From Eledone cirrhosa (lineage: Eukaryota): 64,000 nt of DNA. The stretch lies in assembly GCA_964016885.1 (NCBI GenBank), contig OZ024741.1, positions 134,664,001 through 134,728,000 on the forward strand, written 5' to 3'. Below, one piece after another: positions 31,451-53,188 of the stretch. How positions within the stretch are numbered: position 1 is the stretch's first letter; every line of letters starts with the position of its first letter. Below the pieces are notes generated by a model. That model was not told the origin of the DNA. It ran no database searches and was given only the letters and a program-made list of their open reading frames with translations. A program made the translations under genes and the position numbers.

Positions 31451-32665
31451 AACACCACCAGCTCCCTATCTCTTCCATTCTTATTCTGTCTCCTCTCTCT
31501 ATGTCTATCTTTAAATCTACTCTCTCACAACCACTATTTCTTTCTCTCTATCCTCCTCTCTCTCTGTTTATGAAGGTACCCAGAAAAAACCCCATAACTC
31601 GGAAACCCGTCCTCCAATTTTATTCCATTTGTATTCGCATTTCACGGTCAACTTCCTTTTCAAATTATTTTTCCATCAAGGGTCAGTCTTGTCACTTAGT
31701 GTCGCACTGAATCTCCCCGAGAACTATGTTAAGGGAACATGTGTCTGTCAAATGCTAAGCCACTTAGACTCAAGTCGAACCACTCTCAGTAGAGTTTGAA
31801 GTAGCTGGCTAGGAACTGTGGTATAAACATAGGTGGCTGAGCATTCCACAGGCATGTGTACATACATTCCACAAGTATGTGTACATACTTCTCTGGGAGA
31901 TTCAGTATAACATACAGTGTGTGTCAAGGCTGGCCCTTTGAATTACAGCAACAGTTCACCTGATGGGTTTCCAGGCAGGTTCTATCTACCGAATTTCATT
32001 CACAAAACATGGATCAACCAGAGGCTATGGTAAATGACACTTGTCTAAAATGTCAGGCAGTGGAGTTGAACTCTGAACTTAATGATTATAAGTGAACTTC
32101 TTAACCATTTGTCATTGTTGCTGCATCCACTGTTAGGAATTATAAACCGTGTGAAAAGAGCTCTCAACCAGAGGTCTAGTGAGGTTGTGAACCATAACTC
32201 CTAAAATCACGAAATGACCGACCGATCGGTCGTGTAGACCACAGGTTCTCAACCCATTTCAGCCATTTTCCCCCTCGGTATCACGAAACGCCCCCACCAC
32301 CCTATTTTTCCACTTTTCAATATACTACTGATTTTGATAGCAGTAGATTACTGGGCCAAACCAAGTTTTGTTATTTTTGAAAAATAGACGTGAATGTTCT
32401 CAAAGACTTGATCTCAGTCGAAAAATATTTTTTTTTAAATTCTGTATTTCACTGTTAGCTGTTGTAATATTTTGAGTGGGTAGACAATTCTACAATTCAA
32501 ACACTGTAAAGTGAAAATACAAAAGATGCAAAATAGGAAGAATTTCTTACCTTTCTCTGGAATCACAAAAATAGTACCTTGCAAAATAAAGTGCCTCCAT
32601 CATAAACTTAGTTGCAACGAATGAATTGAGATGCTTGGTGACAGTGAGCAAACAGTATCTGTATC

Positions 32666-32730
<65 letters not shown>

Positions 32731-32755
32731 GATATACACACACACACACAGAAAC

Positions 32756-32789
<34 letters not shown>

Positions 32790-32899
32790 GTGTGTGTGTG
32801 TGTGCCTGCCTTGTTTTTGGTACAGAAAGAATTTTGTCTCCAGTTTTTATTGCCGTGTCAAAGGCCAGTGCTCTTTTCAACAACGTCAAATAACAACGC

Positions 32900-33960
32900 C
32901 GGGCGGTGGTTTGTATTGCGATGACGTTCTTTGGACTATGACGGAGTGCGGTCTCCACGCTTGCGACATGTTTAGAAAAGAACTCACAGCCTTCTTTAAA
33001 GGCTTCAACCTCTCCATACAAGTTGAGGCCAACCTTTCGGTCGTAAACTACCTCGACGTTACCCTCAATTTGTCGAATGGCTTGCACTACCAATATAGAA
33101 ATCCGAATGATACGCTTAATTACATCAGTAAGCATTCTAACCATCCTGCCAGCATAACCAAGAACCTGGTAAGAAACGTTTCTCTGAGGCTTTCTATCTC
33201 CCAACGAGCATATTTTCACCGACCATTCCACATATTTCAATGAAGCTCTTACTCGGAGTGGATTTGTCGATAAGGTAGCATATACTAAGTACGAGCATAA
33301 ACCTAGGAAAAATAGATCCCGACGCATTATATGGTATAACGCGCCATATAATTGGAGGTGGCCACACCATTAGCTAAAATCTTTCTCTCCTTTATTAAGA
33401 AGCATTTCCCCTCAGTACATAAATATAATAACATTTTTAACAGAAATACCGTTAAAATATCTTACTCCACGACTCCTAACTTTGCACATAACATCACTGC
33501 TTCAAATTTAGCTAAATTACCTAGTCGTAGTAACACGTGCAACCCTGTAGCTAGTACTAACTGTAATTATAGGAATCGGGTTGACTGCCCTCTATCCGGG
33601 AAATGCCTCTCCAACAACATTGTCTACAAATGTAAGGTCGAAACACCCACAACCCGTAGGGCCTACATAGGGTTAGTTGCCAATAAATTCAAGCAGGGTC
33701 TTTACATGCACACCCTTTTTTTCTTAACCCTTTAAGAAGGAATATGACGTCACTTTCAGTTTATATCTGGAGTCTAAAAGACAAAAACACCCAATATAGG
33801 TTACACTGGGAGATCCTAGCTAAAGCTAGATCGTATAACGGAAATAAAAGACCATGCGATCTTTGCGCCGCTGAAGCCCTGGAAATACTCTACGCCAATG
33901 ATCACATCTTAAACAAAAAATCTGAGGCAATTTCGGCCTGTAAACACAAATTGCATAACA
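32900..33960 (+). mobile_element. Penelope-like retroelement fragment (RT C-terminus + GIY-YIG endonuclease)
   Basis: GLYCDD (from GLYRDD), NYLDVTLNL, SNHP, IIWYNAPY, CPLSGKC, IVYKC-x-YIG, SLSVYIW, CDLC..E, LNKKSE..C.H; frameshifted. Confidence 0.85.
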
Positions 33961-34946
33961 TTTTCCTGTATTACAGCCCCACATTATACCCTAACGAACA
34001 ATACGCGATTAATTTACGTCTTGATGTGGTAGCTAAGTATATTTTATGTTTATACCATTACTTTTTGTTAGGTAAGTATACCTTACCCGTATGTTTTATG
34101 GTGGTACGTATACTTTCTCGTACGTATATATGCCTGTATTTGTTATAGGTGTATATATTATATATACTGGTATGTGTGTATATGGTTATGTGTATATGTG
34201 TATTTCGTGTTTGTGCATGTATATTTGTATGCGTGTTTGCACGTATGTAAGGTGTGTATATGTTTTTGGTATATGTACGCTTAGTGAACATATGTGCATC
34301 TACCTGTATGTATGTGTATGTGTGCGTTATATACGTATTTATGTGTGTATATTTATATACGTTTATTTTTATATGTGTATTTGGTCTATACGTTCGTATG
34401 TTTCCGGGTACGGGTGTCGCGCGGGTTTACACACGTGCGTGTGCGCGTGTTTATGTGTACGTGCATGTATATGCATGTATGGCCTGTATTTTCGCGTATG
34501 CACGTGTATGTATGTATACAGATGTGTGTATGTATATATTTAATTATTATTACTTTTATGATTTTTAATAACCTCTGTCATTTTCGTTCAACTAATTCAT
34601 TTAGATTATTCTTATCTCCGAAGCCGTGAATCATTCGGTTTCCTAAATAGTTTATTAGTCTAATGACTCCATTTATACCATAAACTTGATTTTGTCTTTG
34701 CATATATTTGTTCTCATCGCACCACATAACGGCGTATTATCTTCACTTTTTTCCGCGTTCATTGCCAGGGAACGTCTTCACGAACCAAAGTATCGTCTTC
34801 CTGTTTTCCTTCGGTTGCAAGGTTTTTCGAAATATTTACTTCTGCGTTCACAGATATATTTTTTAGTTTCAGAAGATCCCGTTAAGGATGAAAGAAGCGA
34901 TTCTTTGCTTAAACTTTAATCTGTTATTTTAATAAATATATATATA

Positions 34947-37178
<2,232 letters not shown>

Positions 37179-37816
37179 TTTATATATGTATGTTATGTCG
37201 AGTCAGTCTTGTGTGCTACTGGTATCATGTAACCCAGTACAACCTGTCGCATGGTCGGGTCGTCGGCGACTAAACCGGCAACCCCACCAAGTTTACTTGG
37301 TGAGGAGGGTGATTTTGGACACCCTGCAGGACAAAAAACAAAACCTGACAAAGGGAGGAAGAATTTATAAGGGTCAACGGCCATCCAAAAGTGTGTAAAT
37401 ATGTATATATACATGTACATATATATGTATATGTGTATATACATGGGTGCATGTGTATGTATATACGCGGGGACATAGAAATAATCGGGCTGGACACCCG
37501 ATCGCGCGGTTAAACCACTGGGAGTGAAGGACCCCTAGCCTTTGTCAGTGCATTCTTCTAGGAGAAGGCAACTCAGGAAACTGGGATAGCTCCGATATAA
37601 AACCTGCGGCTCAGTAGTTACCGATGATGTTGATCTTTTCTTCTTTTCGGGTTATAGCTACTGTCGCTCAGAGAGTGGGATTGGCTCGGTGCACAGTCTT
37701 TACTCACTTAAAAAAAATATCTTCACGCACAGGCATTGCACGATAGAATTAATAAATAATTATTAATAATGGTATATCGTGCAATGGTCATACTCGATAA
37801 CGAGGGGGAAGCTATC

Positions 37817-37897
37817 ATGTATGTATGTATGTATGTATGTATGTATGTATGTATGTATGTATGTATGTATGTATGTATGTATGTATGTATGTATGTA
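37817..37897. repeat. (TATG)n microsatellite
   Basis: Direct reading. Confidence 0.95.
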
Positions 37898-38362
37898 CGT
37901 ACGTATGCATGCGTGTGTATGTTCGTATGTATAAGTATATACCAACACCTTTCATCACCATTGCTTCTTTTACTTGTCATTTCTGTTGAAGTTGTTCTTG
38001 TAATAGTTGACGTTGCCCTTATTTTCATTTTCTTTGATTTCTTTCGTTTTTCTTTTATTTCCCTAGGGAATTCGTTGACAAGCTTCATTTATTTATTTTC
38101 TTTGTTTTCTTCATTCAAATACACTCACACTTCATTCAAATACACTCACACGTCTGAGACGTACAAATATGGCTTATAAAATTTACCAGAGTAAAGAACC
38201 TTCCAGCGTGCCCCTTGCGCCTCCCAAAGCTTCAAACGCCCCATAACGCCACCTTGCTCCAAAACGACCCTCCGGAGCTCCGAAACGGCCTCCGGGGGAG
38301 GGGGAGAGAGAGAGTGTGTATGACCCCCCCCCCCCCCCCCGTTGAGAACCTTTAGTGTAGAC

Positions 38363-40290
38363 TAATAAGAGAAAAGTAGGAAGTAATATGTTAAATGTTA
38401 ATATTTCGATTAATTTAATCTTCTTCAAAGATTACCTAATTCGATAATCTTTAATATTTAATGCTTTTTTTTTTTTTATCAATATGCTTTTCTATTAAAT
38501 ATTTTTTTTTGTCTAAGTTAATATTTTTATCTGTAAAAAATATTGTCGATAGTGACTGAAGCTGATTCAGATGAAGCAGACGTACTGAGTTAATCGGTGC
38601 CACTGCTGTTTCTAAAATATGAGGCAAAATCTACTATTTTATTTTTTATAAAAAAAAAAATCAATATTTGAAATTAGTTATAACCAACCAGTGCTGTTTT
38701 TGTAAGTAAATTCAGCTACATAATCGTATATTTAAACAGTAGCCTCCAAGTACCTGCTGTGTAAATTTCAAACCTCACCGCTGTATATTGACAACATATA
38801 TCTTTCAAAGTCATTTCTTGTGATATTCAACCCTCAGCTTCGTCTTAGAAATAGTTTATATTATATATAACATACGTTGTTGAATTTTAAAATATTCCTG
38901 GATGTAAAAAAAAAAAGATAAAAATAGTTGCTCTTCGAATTATAGACATCTATTATTTATTTGAATTATTTATCACAATGGTGAAAGATACATTTACCAC
39001 CAACACCAGTCAATTGTTATCTATCAATTATTATTATTAATCCCGCCGAGGTAAACTTTGCCTTTCACCCTTACAGGGTCGCTAAAATAATACACTGGGA
39101 TAATTGCTAGCCTTGTGCCGAAAGTAGAAACAATTATTATGAATGCGTCATCGTCAAATTTTGCTGATTTCTAAATATAGTTTCTAGTTCTGAAGTTTTT
39201 GATGTCAGCTCAACTTGCTTTTTGCTGACTTAGTTACACTAGTCATATATGTGATTACTCATAATTTCACGCTTGCCCTTCCCCTGACAGCGAAGAAGAG
39301 ACCCGAAATTGATAATGGCTTCTTTTCATACCAACTTGTCCAAAACCGGTTCTGGTTCTATGAAACAAAATCGTTCATTTTAAAGAATTTCTATTTAGAT
39401 TAAAATCTTTCAACATAATTTTTATAAGAACCATGTTAAGTTACTGTCTTAGTAATGGACTGTGCCTGTAATTTAAAGGGGTTTCCTTGTCACAAACTGA
39501 CATGCTGAATCTCCATGTGAGAATTACGTTATGGGTACATGTCTGGAATGTTCAGTCACTTACACGTTAGTTTCACGATCAGGTTGTTCTGTTTATTAAA
39601 CAACTGGAACATTCATTGTCAAAACTAACGTAGGTTTATCCCATTACTGCTACCCACCTCTACGTATTGTAAAATTCTTGATTATCTATGTGTGGAGAGA
39701 CTTCTACTTTGATTCAACATATACCACTTAGTCACCTCCATTACACAGGAGCTGGTAAACATGTCCCTAGAGCTATCTTTGTAGATCTTGAACCTACAGT
39801 TGTCGGTAAGTAATATCACACACAGCAGAATGGTTATTAAAATAAGAAACCTTCCATTTAAACATTTTGCGACTATACATCTAATGAAAGGGTAACTTAA
39901 ATAGAATTATCATGGAAGGGTTTTAAACATTTAAACAGCTTTGTATGATAGATCCAGAAGCAGTTTAGTATCAATATTTCTTTTTTAGTTTTCCAGGAGC
40001 TACCAAGATCCCAGACCTCATTCACTTATTGAGTAGAGTGGGACTCATCACATCGGACCAAGAAAATGTTTCCATTTGTCTTTCTATTGCTGATACTATC
40101 TACTGATCACAACTCCTGACAGAAGGAGCAACGTGAAATAGTGTGTTGCTCAAGGACATATATCGCCTGATCCGGTAATCGAACTCACAACCTCACAATT
40201 GTGAATCTAGTTCTCTATCCACTAAGCAACGTGCCTTCACAAAATGGTTTAACCTATAATATATTGATTTTTAATTTGATTACTTAATAG
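38363..40290 (+). pseudogene. TUBA: alpha-tubulin relic: intron 1, 3' end of exon 2 (39745..39805) and intron 2; promoter, exon 1 and exon 3 deleted
   Basis: [20 protein letters not shown]|gtaag; flanking introns match copy A introns. Confidence 0.8.
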
Positions 40291-40807
40291 GGAACATGTG
40301 TCTGTCAAATGCTAAGCCACTTAGACTCAAGTCGAACCACTCTCAGTAGAGTTTGGAGTCAGAATCATTGATGTAGCTGGCTAGGAATTGTGATATAAAC
40401 ATAGGTGGCTGAGCATTCCACAGGCATGCGTGCCTTTAACATACTTCTCTGGGAGATTCAGTATAACATACAGTGTGTGTCAAGACTGGCCCTTTGAATT
40501 ACAGCAACAGTTCATCAGATGGGTTTCCAAACAGTTTCTATCTACCGAATTTCATTCACAAAACATGGATCAACCTGAGGCTATGGTAAATGACACTTGT
40601 CTAAAATGTCAGGCAGTGGAGTTGAACTCTGAACCTAATGATTATAAGTGAACTTCTTAACCATGTGTCATTGTTGTAGCGTCTATTATTAGGAATTATA
40701 AACAGTTCAGTGAGTCTGGCTCAAGTTTGCTCCCGTATTTCCTTAAACCACAGAAGAAATTCACTTCTTTCTTTTGAACACTAAAAAATACTTTCAAATC
40801 TTTAATA

Positions 40808-44686
<3,879 letters not shown>

Positions 44687-45359
44687 ATTTCCTGAATTAA
44701 TTAAAATGTAACAAGGTTTTGAAATAAATTTTGAAGTTAATCTATATTTACTTTATTTTTTATTTTTGAATACATATAATGGTCTGATGGTTACTTTTGT
44801 GTGGTGTGGTGGTTGTAGGTAGGGTTGCTCTGGAGAATGTGTGCTGGGGTCCCTTGCCTATTTTATTGATGTACTTTTCTACATTCCCTCATCTAGTCCT
44901 TAAGATAGGTGTGCGTGTAGGGGATGGGGTTCTTTCCTTAGACCATAGATCGGGTCTAATTGCTTTCATCAAAGTGAACTACTTTAACAGCAATCCAGAT
45001 GTTGGTGTTAAGCTGTCCAACAGATATACTCACCTACCCACTACAATGATCTGTTCTGAACAAGACCCACATATATGAATGTCCGTTTCCTCTCTCGCTC
45101 CCTTTTTCCTTTTTTTCTTCTTGCATTTTTTCTCAATGGCTTACTGAGAAAAAGGCAATATCCTTGGTGTGCGTGTAGGGGTGGTGCCTTCCTCAGACCA
45201 TAGAATAGGCCTAAGTGCTTTCAACAAAGTGAACATTAACAGTAGTTAAGATGTTGGTGTTAAGCTGAAATAGCATAACTGTAAAGTGAAGCTCTTAACT
45301 AAACACCCATGTTTTCACCAACTAGCTTTTCATGTTTTCTTTTTTCTATTTATTTATTT

Positions 45360-45486
45360 TTTTACTGGCCTTGTTAGGGTGATAGATTCGATGTAGATTC
45401 GTTTTACTGGCCTTGTTAGGGTGATACATTCGATGTAGATTCGTTTTACTGGCCTTGTTAGGGTGATAGATTCGATATAGATTCGA
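45360..45486. repeat. ~42-bp tandem repeat x3
   Basis: ttttactggccttgttagggtgatagattcgatgtagattcg three times; single copy in the paralogue near 25545. Confidence 0.85.
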
Positions 45487-46065
45487 TTCCTGAACTAGGT
45501 AGCGTGTTCTTGAGTAAAACACTTCATGTTACGTTATTCCAGTATATTCTCAGCTGAAAATGAGTGCCAGCTGTAGCTGAGGGTTTAACCTTGCGATCGA
45601 CTGTTTTATATTGTCACTTAACGTCAAGGAAATATAAAATTGTAAGTGAAAGGTTTCAATTAGTATTTTCTTGCTGACTTTACCTAGAAGCGACTGGAAT
45701 AAAAGCGGTATTGGTAAATTAATATTTAAGCCAATAATTAATTGGTGTGGTCGGAATATAGTTATAGCTCATTACGTTCTGAGCTCAAATCCCGCCAAAG
45801 TTAGCTTTGCCTTCCATCCTCACGAGGTCGATAAAATAAAGTACCAGTAACGCAGTGGGGTTGATTTAATCGCCTTTCCCCCTACCCAAAATTGTTAGTC
45901 TTGTGGCAAGAATAAAAACTATTATTAATGAGTGGAATAAAAGTCAATAGGCTACTTTTTATAAATTATATTATAAAGTAGTTTCCACCCTTAGTATGAC
46001 TTTTGATTGAAATAAACACGACAGAACAAGAACAACGTAGCTGTTCCCTGGTGTACTAAATATAA

Positions 46066-47985
46066 CACTGGTCTACAAGGCTTTTTGTGTTTAGGAAATA
46101 GACCTCATTCCTATATAAAATCGGTCTCTTGATTCCAAATATAACCTTCTTTTTGACCTATAGTTTTTAAGTTATTTAACATCCCTATAGTCACTGTATG
46201 TTTGTACTCCAGTACGCAGTGTTCGTTACCTTATTCTAATTCTAAGTTTTTTTTCTTTTTCCAAACTTTTTAGATGTTATGGTGAACTAAGCAATAGCAA
46301 ATGAGCAAGATGTCATTTTCAAGAAAGTGTTGCGTTAATTCTCCAAATGTGTTTTGTTATGTTTGTGCAGAATACACATTACCTGAAAATCGAAAAAAAC
46401 ATCACTGATTTTGTTGAAAGAGCGTATATGGCATATTTTGGGGTCAAGCTGGGAGACCAAGATAAATATTGGGCACCGCATAGTGTCTGCAAACTATGTA
46501 CAAAACATTTGTGACAATGGACTAAAGGGACAAGGAAAAGTATGAGGTTTTCTATACCAATGGTATGGCGGGAGCCCTATAATCACGTGGACGACTGCTA
46601 TTTTTGTAACCTAAATTTGAAGGGTATTAACAGGAAAAATCGACAAACGCTTGTCTATCCTAATCTTGCCTCGCGCTATTAGACCGGTTCCACACAGTGA
46701 AGAGCTTCCTGTTCCTGTCTTCAATGTCTTGCCTCAGATAACTTTACCATCAACCAAAGAAAATTCATCACCTGAAGACGACACTTGAGATCAAGACTTT
46801 TCAGTTGAGACTTTACCTCAGCTATTCTCTTAGGTAGAGCTGAATGATCTAGTTCGTGACTTGAACCTCCCCAAAAATTCTGCTGAACTGTTGGCTTCCC
46901 GGCTGAAAGAGAAGAATCTTCTAGAGAATGGTGTCCGTATAACCTTTTATCTGAGTCGGCATGAAGAGTTCTTCTCTTTCTTCACAAAAGAGGAAGAACT
47001 GAGATGTCAGTGGGCTTCTTAATAAACTTGGCATTGAGGAATACAAACCAGAGGAATGGCGTCTTTTCATAGATAGCTCTAAGCGTAGTTTAAAATGTGT
47101 ATTGTTGCACAACGAAAATGTGTATGGCTCTGTCCCACTCAACAACTCTGAAGGAAAAGTATGAAGAAATTAAGTTGGTTTTAGAGAAGATACTGTATCA
47201 TGTTCATAAAGCGTTGACTTAAAGATGGTGAATTTTCTCATGGGACAGCAATCTGGATATACCAAATATCTGTGCTTTCTTTGCATGTGGGACAGTAGAG
47301 ACCGAGTAAACCACTATGTTAAGAAAGACTGGCCACCTCGAACAAATATGGCTCCATGTAGAGCTGCCAAAGAACCTTTGGAAGAACCTTTAGTTGAGCG
47401 AGATAAGATCATTTTCCCCCTTTGCACATCAAACTCTGATTGATCAAACAATTCGTCAAAGCTCTTGACAAAAATGGGGAGTGCTTCAAGTATATCTGCA
47501 GTGTATTTTCAGACTTGACGATTGAAAAACTTAAAGCGGGGATTTTTGATAGACCACAGATCCGTAAGCTCTTGAAGGATACAAATTTCATGAAAACCAT
47601 GAGCGAAAATGAAGCATCAGCTTGGCTAGACTTTGCAGAAGTAGTGCAAAATTTCCTTGGAAAACACAAAAGTGAAAACTATAAAGACCTTGTTACCAAC
47701 TTGATATCAACCTTTCGTTATATTGGCGCGAATATGAGCATCAAAATGCATTATCGTTTTAGTCATCTTGATCCTTTTCCTGAAAATCTCGGAGATGTTA
47801 GCGATGAACAAGGCGAACGATTCCATCAGGACATCAAGGAGATGGAAACTCGGTACCAAGGACTTTGGGACGATGTGATGATGGCAGACTATTGCTGGTG
47901 TTTAAAACGAGATACTCCTGTTGCTCAACATTCACGGTGCACAAAGAAGCGTAAATTTAATCAATTTTGAATTTTTATTTGGGAC
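46066..47985 (+). mobile_element. decayed DNA transposon, transposase pseudogene 46301..47970 (family commonly labelled TcMar-ISRm11-like)
   Basis: CVNSPNVFCYVC, LGDQDK.WAPH, PMVWREP.NH..DCYFC, WRLFIDSS, DLKMVNFLMGQQSGYTKY.CFLC.WDSR, SDEQGERFHQD, MMADYCW; multiple frameshifts. The left end is cactgg and the right end is missing. The superfamily label is recalled, not verified. Confidence 0.8.
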
Positions 47986-48416
47986 CGTTCTATGGACTAA
48001 GGAAAGAAACTCCTGACTTTAACACCCGTCTTGAAAAGGGGCACGGACATTGCTTTTTTCTGATGAAGCCACTGAGGACAACTGCAATATGGTTCCAAGT
48101 GATGAGTTAAAAAAAAAAGAGTTAAAAAAAAGAGTGAAAGAGAAAGTGGACATTCGTATATGTGAGCCTTGATCAGAATAGATCATTGTAGTGGTGGCAG
48201 GAAAGATGAGGGAACGTACAAAAGTACATCAATAAAATAAGCAACTGACCCCTAGCACACATTCTCCTTAGCACCCCTACCTAAAACCACCACACCGCCA
48301 AATTAACCATCAGACCATAACATGTATTGGGAAAAATAAAGAATAAAAAAGAACAAAACAAATTAACTTCAAATTTTATTTCAAGACATTGTTACATTTT
48401 AATTCATTCAGGAAAT

Positions 48417-50209
<1,793 letters not shown>

Positions 50210-51651
50210 CTACCCCCAAACATCCGAGTTCTTTCCAGTAGATCTGAGGGGCCCGATTTCAATAACAAGAAATATTCTGGGAAAACATTTCTCTGAATCT
50301 ATCCAAGCCTCAATCTGTGTAATGGAGGTGACTAAGTGGTATATGTTGACTCGAAGTAAGAAGTCCCTCCACACATAGATAATGAGGAGGTCTACAATAC
50401 GTAGAGGTAGGTAGCAGTAATGGAATGAACTTACGTTACCTTGTTCCAGTTGTTTAATAAACAGAACAGCCTGATCATGAAACTAACGTATATGTAGCTG
50501 AACATTCCAGACTGTACCCATAACGTAATTCTCAGGGAGATTCAGCATGTCAGATTGTGACAGGGAAACCTCTTTAAATTACAGGCACAGTTCATTACTA
50601 AGACAGTAACTCAACATGGTTCTTATCAAAATTATGTTGAAAGATTTTAATCTAAATAGAAACCCTTTAAAATGAGCGATTTTGTTTCATAGAACCAGAA
50701 CCGGTTTTGGACAAGTTGGTATGAAAAGAAGCCATTATCAATTTCCTTTCTCTTCTTCGCTGTCAGAGGAAGAGCAAGCACCGAAACCTGCTGTTTACAA
50801 ATATATTAATTAACAGCAGGAATAAATAAAACGAAAGGAATGGAATCCAGTCCCTGAAGATCTCAGCTTTCCTGTAGTGTTGGTTACATAGGACTATAGG
50901 GATGAATAATTAGTTGCTCTTCGAATTATATGTAAGTCAATATTAGGATTTTAAAAATCATCTTTGCTAGCCATGTGTTTCAAAACAATATTTCAATCAT
51001 TTAAAAGAAGATATTTGTGTGTGGTTAAGAGCTCACTTTACAGCTAGGTTATTTCAGCTTAACACCAACATCTGGAGAGAAGGCCGTTAACGTTCACTTT
51101 GTTGAAAGCACTTAGACCCGTTCTAGAGAGAGAGAGAACGTTCTATGGTCTAAGGAAAGAGCCACCACTACACGCACACATTTCTTGGTTCCAAGAAATG
51201 AGTAAAAGAAGAAAAAAAGGAAAGGTTGGGGGGGGGGGGGGGGGAGGAGGCGAGAGAGAACGAGAACATTCCTATATGTGGACCTTGTTCAGAACAAATC
51301 ATTGTAGTGGGAAGGTGAGTATATTTGTTGGACAGCTTAACACCAAAATTTGGACTGCTCTTAAATTAGTTCACTTTGGTGAAAGCAATTATACCAGATC
51401 TATGGTCGAAGGAAAGAACCCCAGCCTCTACACGCACACCTGTCTTAAGGACTAAATGAGGGAACGTAGAAAATTACATAAATTAAATAGGCAAGTGACC
51501 CCAGTACACATTATTCTCCATAGCAACCCTACACCACCAAAGTAATCGTCAGATCATTACATTATTGGGAAATAAAAAAAACCCGACTAAATATAGATTA
51601 ATTTCAAATTTTATTTCAAAACCTTGTTACATTTTAATTAATTCAGGGAAT

Positions 51652-52470
51652 TTAACATTCATCTCCTTCTTCATCTTCCTCATCAAATGTATCAACACCA
51701 ACCTCTTCATAATCCTTCTCCAGGGCTGCCAAATCCTCACGGGCTTCAGAGAACTCACCTTCTTCCATACCTTCTCCCACATACCAGTGAACGAAAGCAC
51801 GTTTGGTATACATCAAGTCAAATTTATGATTAAGGCGGGCCCAATTGGTGTAGTGTTGCTCAACATACACACAGCACGTTGGACCTTAGCTAAGTCCCCA
51901 CCTGGAACAACAGTTGGGGTTTGGTAGTTGATACCAACTTTGAAACCAGTTGTCCTCTGAATTGTCCTCTTTGTCTTGATAGTCTAAATAGCTGCGTTGA
52001 CATCTTTTGGTACGACATCACCACGATACAACATACAGCATGCCATGTATTTGCCATGACGTGGGTCACATTTAACCATTTGGTTCACTGGTTCAAAACA
52101 TGCGTTAGTGATTTCAGCAACAGTCACTTGCTCATGGTAGGCTTTCTCAGCAGAAATAATTGTTTCTACTTTAGGCACAAGGCCAGCAATTACCCAGTGC
52201 ATTACTGGTACTTTATTTTATCGACCCCGTAAGGATGAAAGGCAAAGTCAACCTCGGCGGGATTTGAACTCAGATCGTAAAGGGACGTAACTATGCTAGA
52301 AAGCATGGCGTCCGACACTCTACCGATACTGCCAATCCACCGCCCTTCTCAGCAGAAATAATAGGACAATAAGTAGTCAATGGGAAGTGAATCCTAGGAT
52401 AAGGTACCAAGTTGGTCTGGAACTCAGTCAGATCCACATTCAGAGCGCCGTCAAATCTGAGAGAGGCAGT
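51652..52470 (-). pseudogene. TUBA: alpha-tubulin exon-3 3' fragment interrupted by a SINE, ends …[10 protein letters not shown]
   Basis: Same 5' junction as the 30311 fragment; frameshifting deletions; SINE at 52161-52345. Confidence 0.9.
52161..52345 (-). mobile_element. full-length tRNA-derived SINE inserted in tubulin exon with 17-bp TSD
   Basis: TTCTCAGCAGAAATAAT at 52144-52160 and 52346-52362; intact box A and box B. Confidence 0.88.
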
Positions 52471-52772
52471 TACGATAACGTAATTCTCATGGAGATTCAG
52501 CGTGGCAGTTTGTGTCACGGCAAGTCTTTTGAATTACAAGCACAATCCATTACTAAGACAGTAACTTAACATGGTTCTTATAAAAATTATGTTGAAAGAT
52601 TTTAATTTAAACCAGACTACCCGTGACCCAACGGGTCGCGTTCACTTCAAAATATAAAAAAAAAATTATGTTCACTTAAAAATAATTTTTAAATAATTAA
52701 AATATTTGCAGACATGTATATAATGTGAAATGAAACTGGAAGGCCCATATATATATGTATATACATGTGTGT

Positions 52773-52774
<2 letters not shown>

Positions 52775-52862
<88 letters not shown>
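52775..52862. repeat. (GT)n microsatellite
   Basis: Direct reading. Confidence 0.95.
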
Positions 52863-52868
<6 letters not shown>

Positions 52869-53156
52869 GTGATCTATATACACTGGTCAAGACACACACA
52901 CACTGACATATAGATATATATAAATATACACAGGTGTGTATGATTGTGTATAGAAGATTATGTTAATAAAAGGAATTCCAACTTTGTCTGATTTACTCGT
53001 TTTATTTACAATCCTTTAAAATTTATAATGATATTATAATGAAATAGTATGTTAGAATATTAAATGTTAAGTGTTAATTGAACAAGTACTTTCATGCTTT
53101 CGCAATCTTCAGGTTCATATTCTGTGGTGACAGTCAAGTTTGCAACTTTCAACTGT

Positions 53157-53188
<32 letters not shown>

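Noticed and set aside
37190-37720. GC-richer segments possibly from a LINE 5'UTR or another SINE
   Set aside because: Could not assign a family or boundaries from sequence alone.
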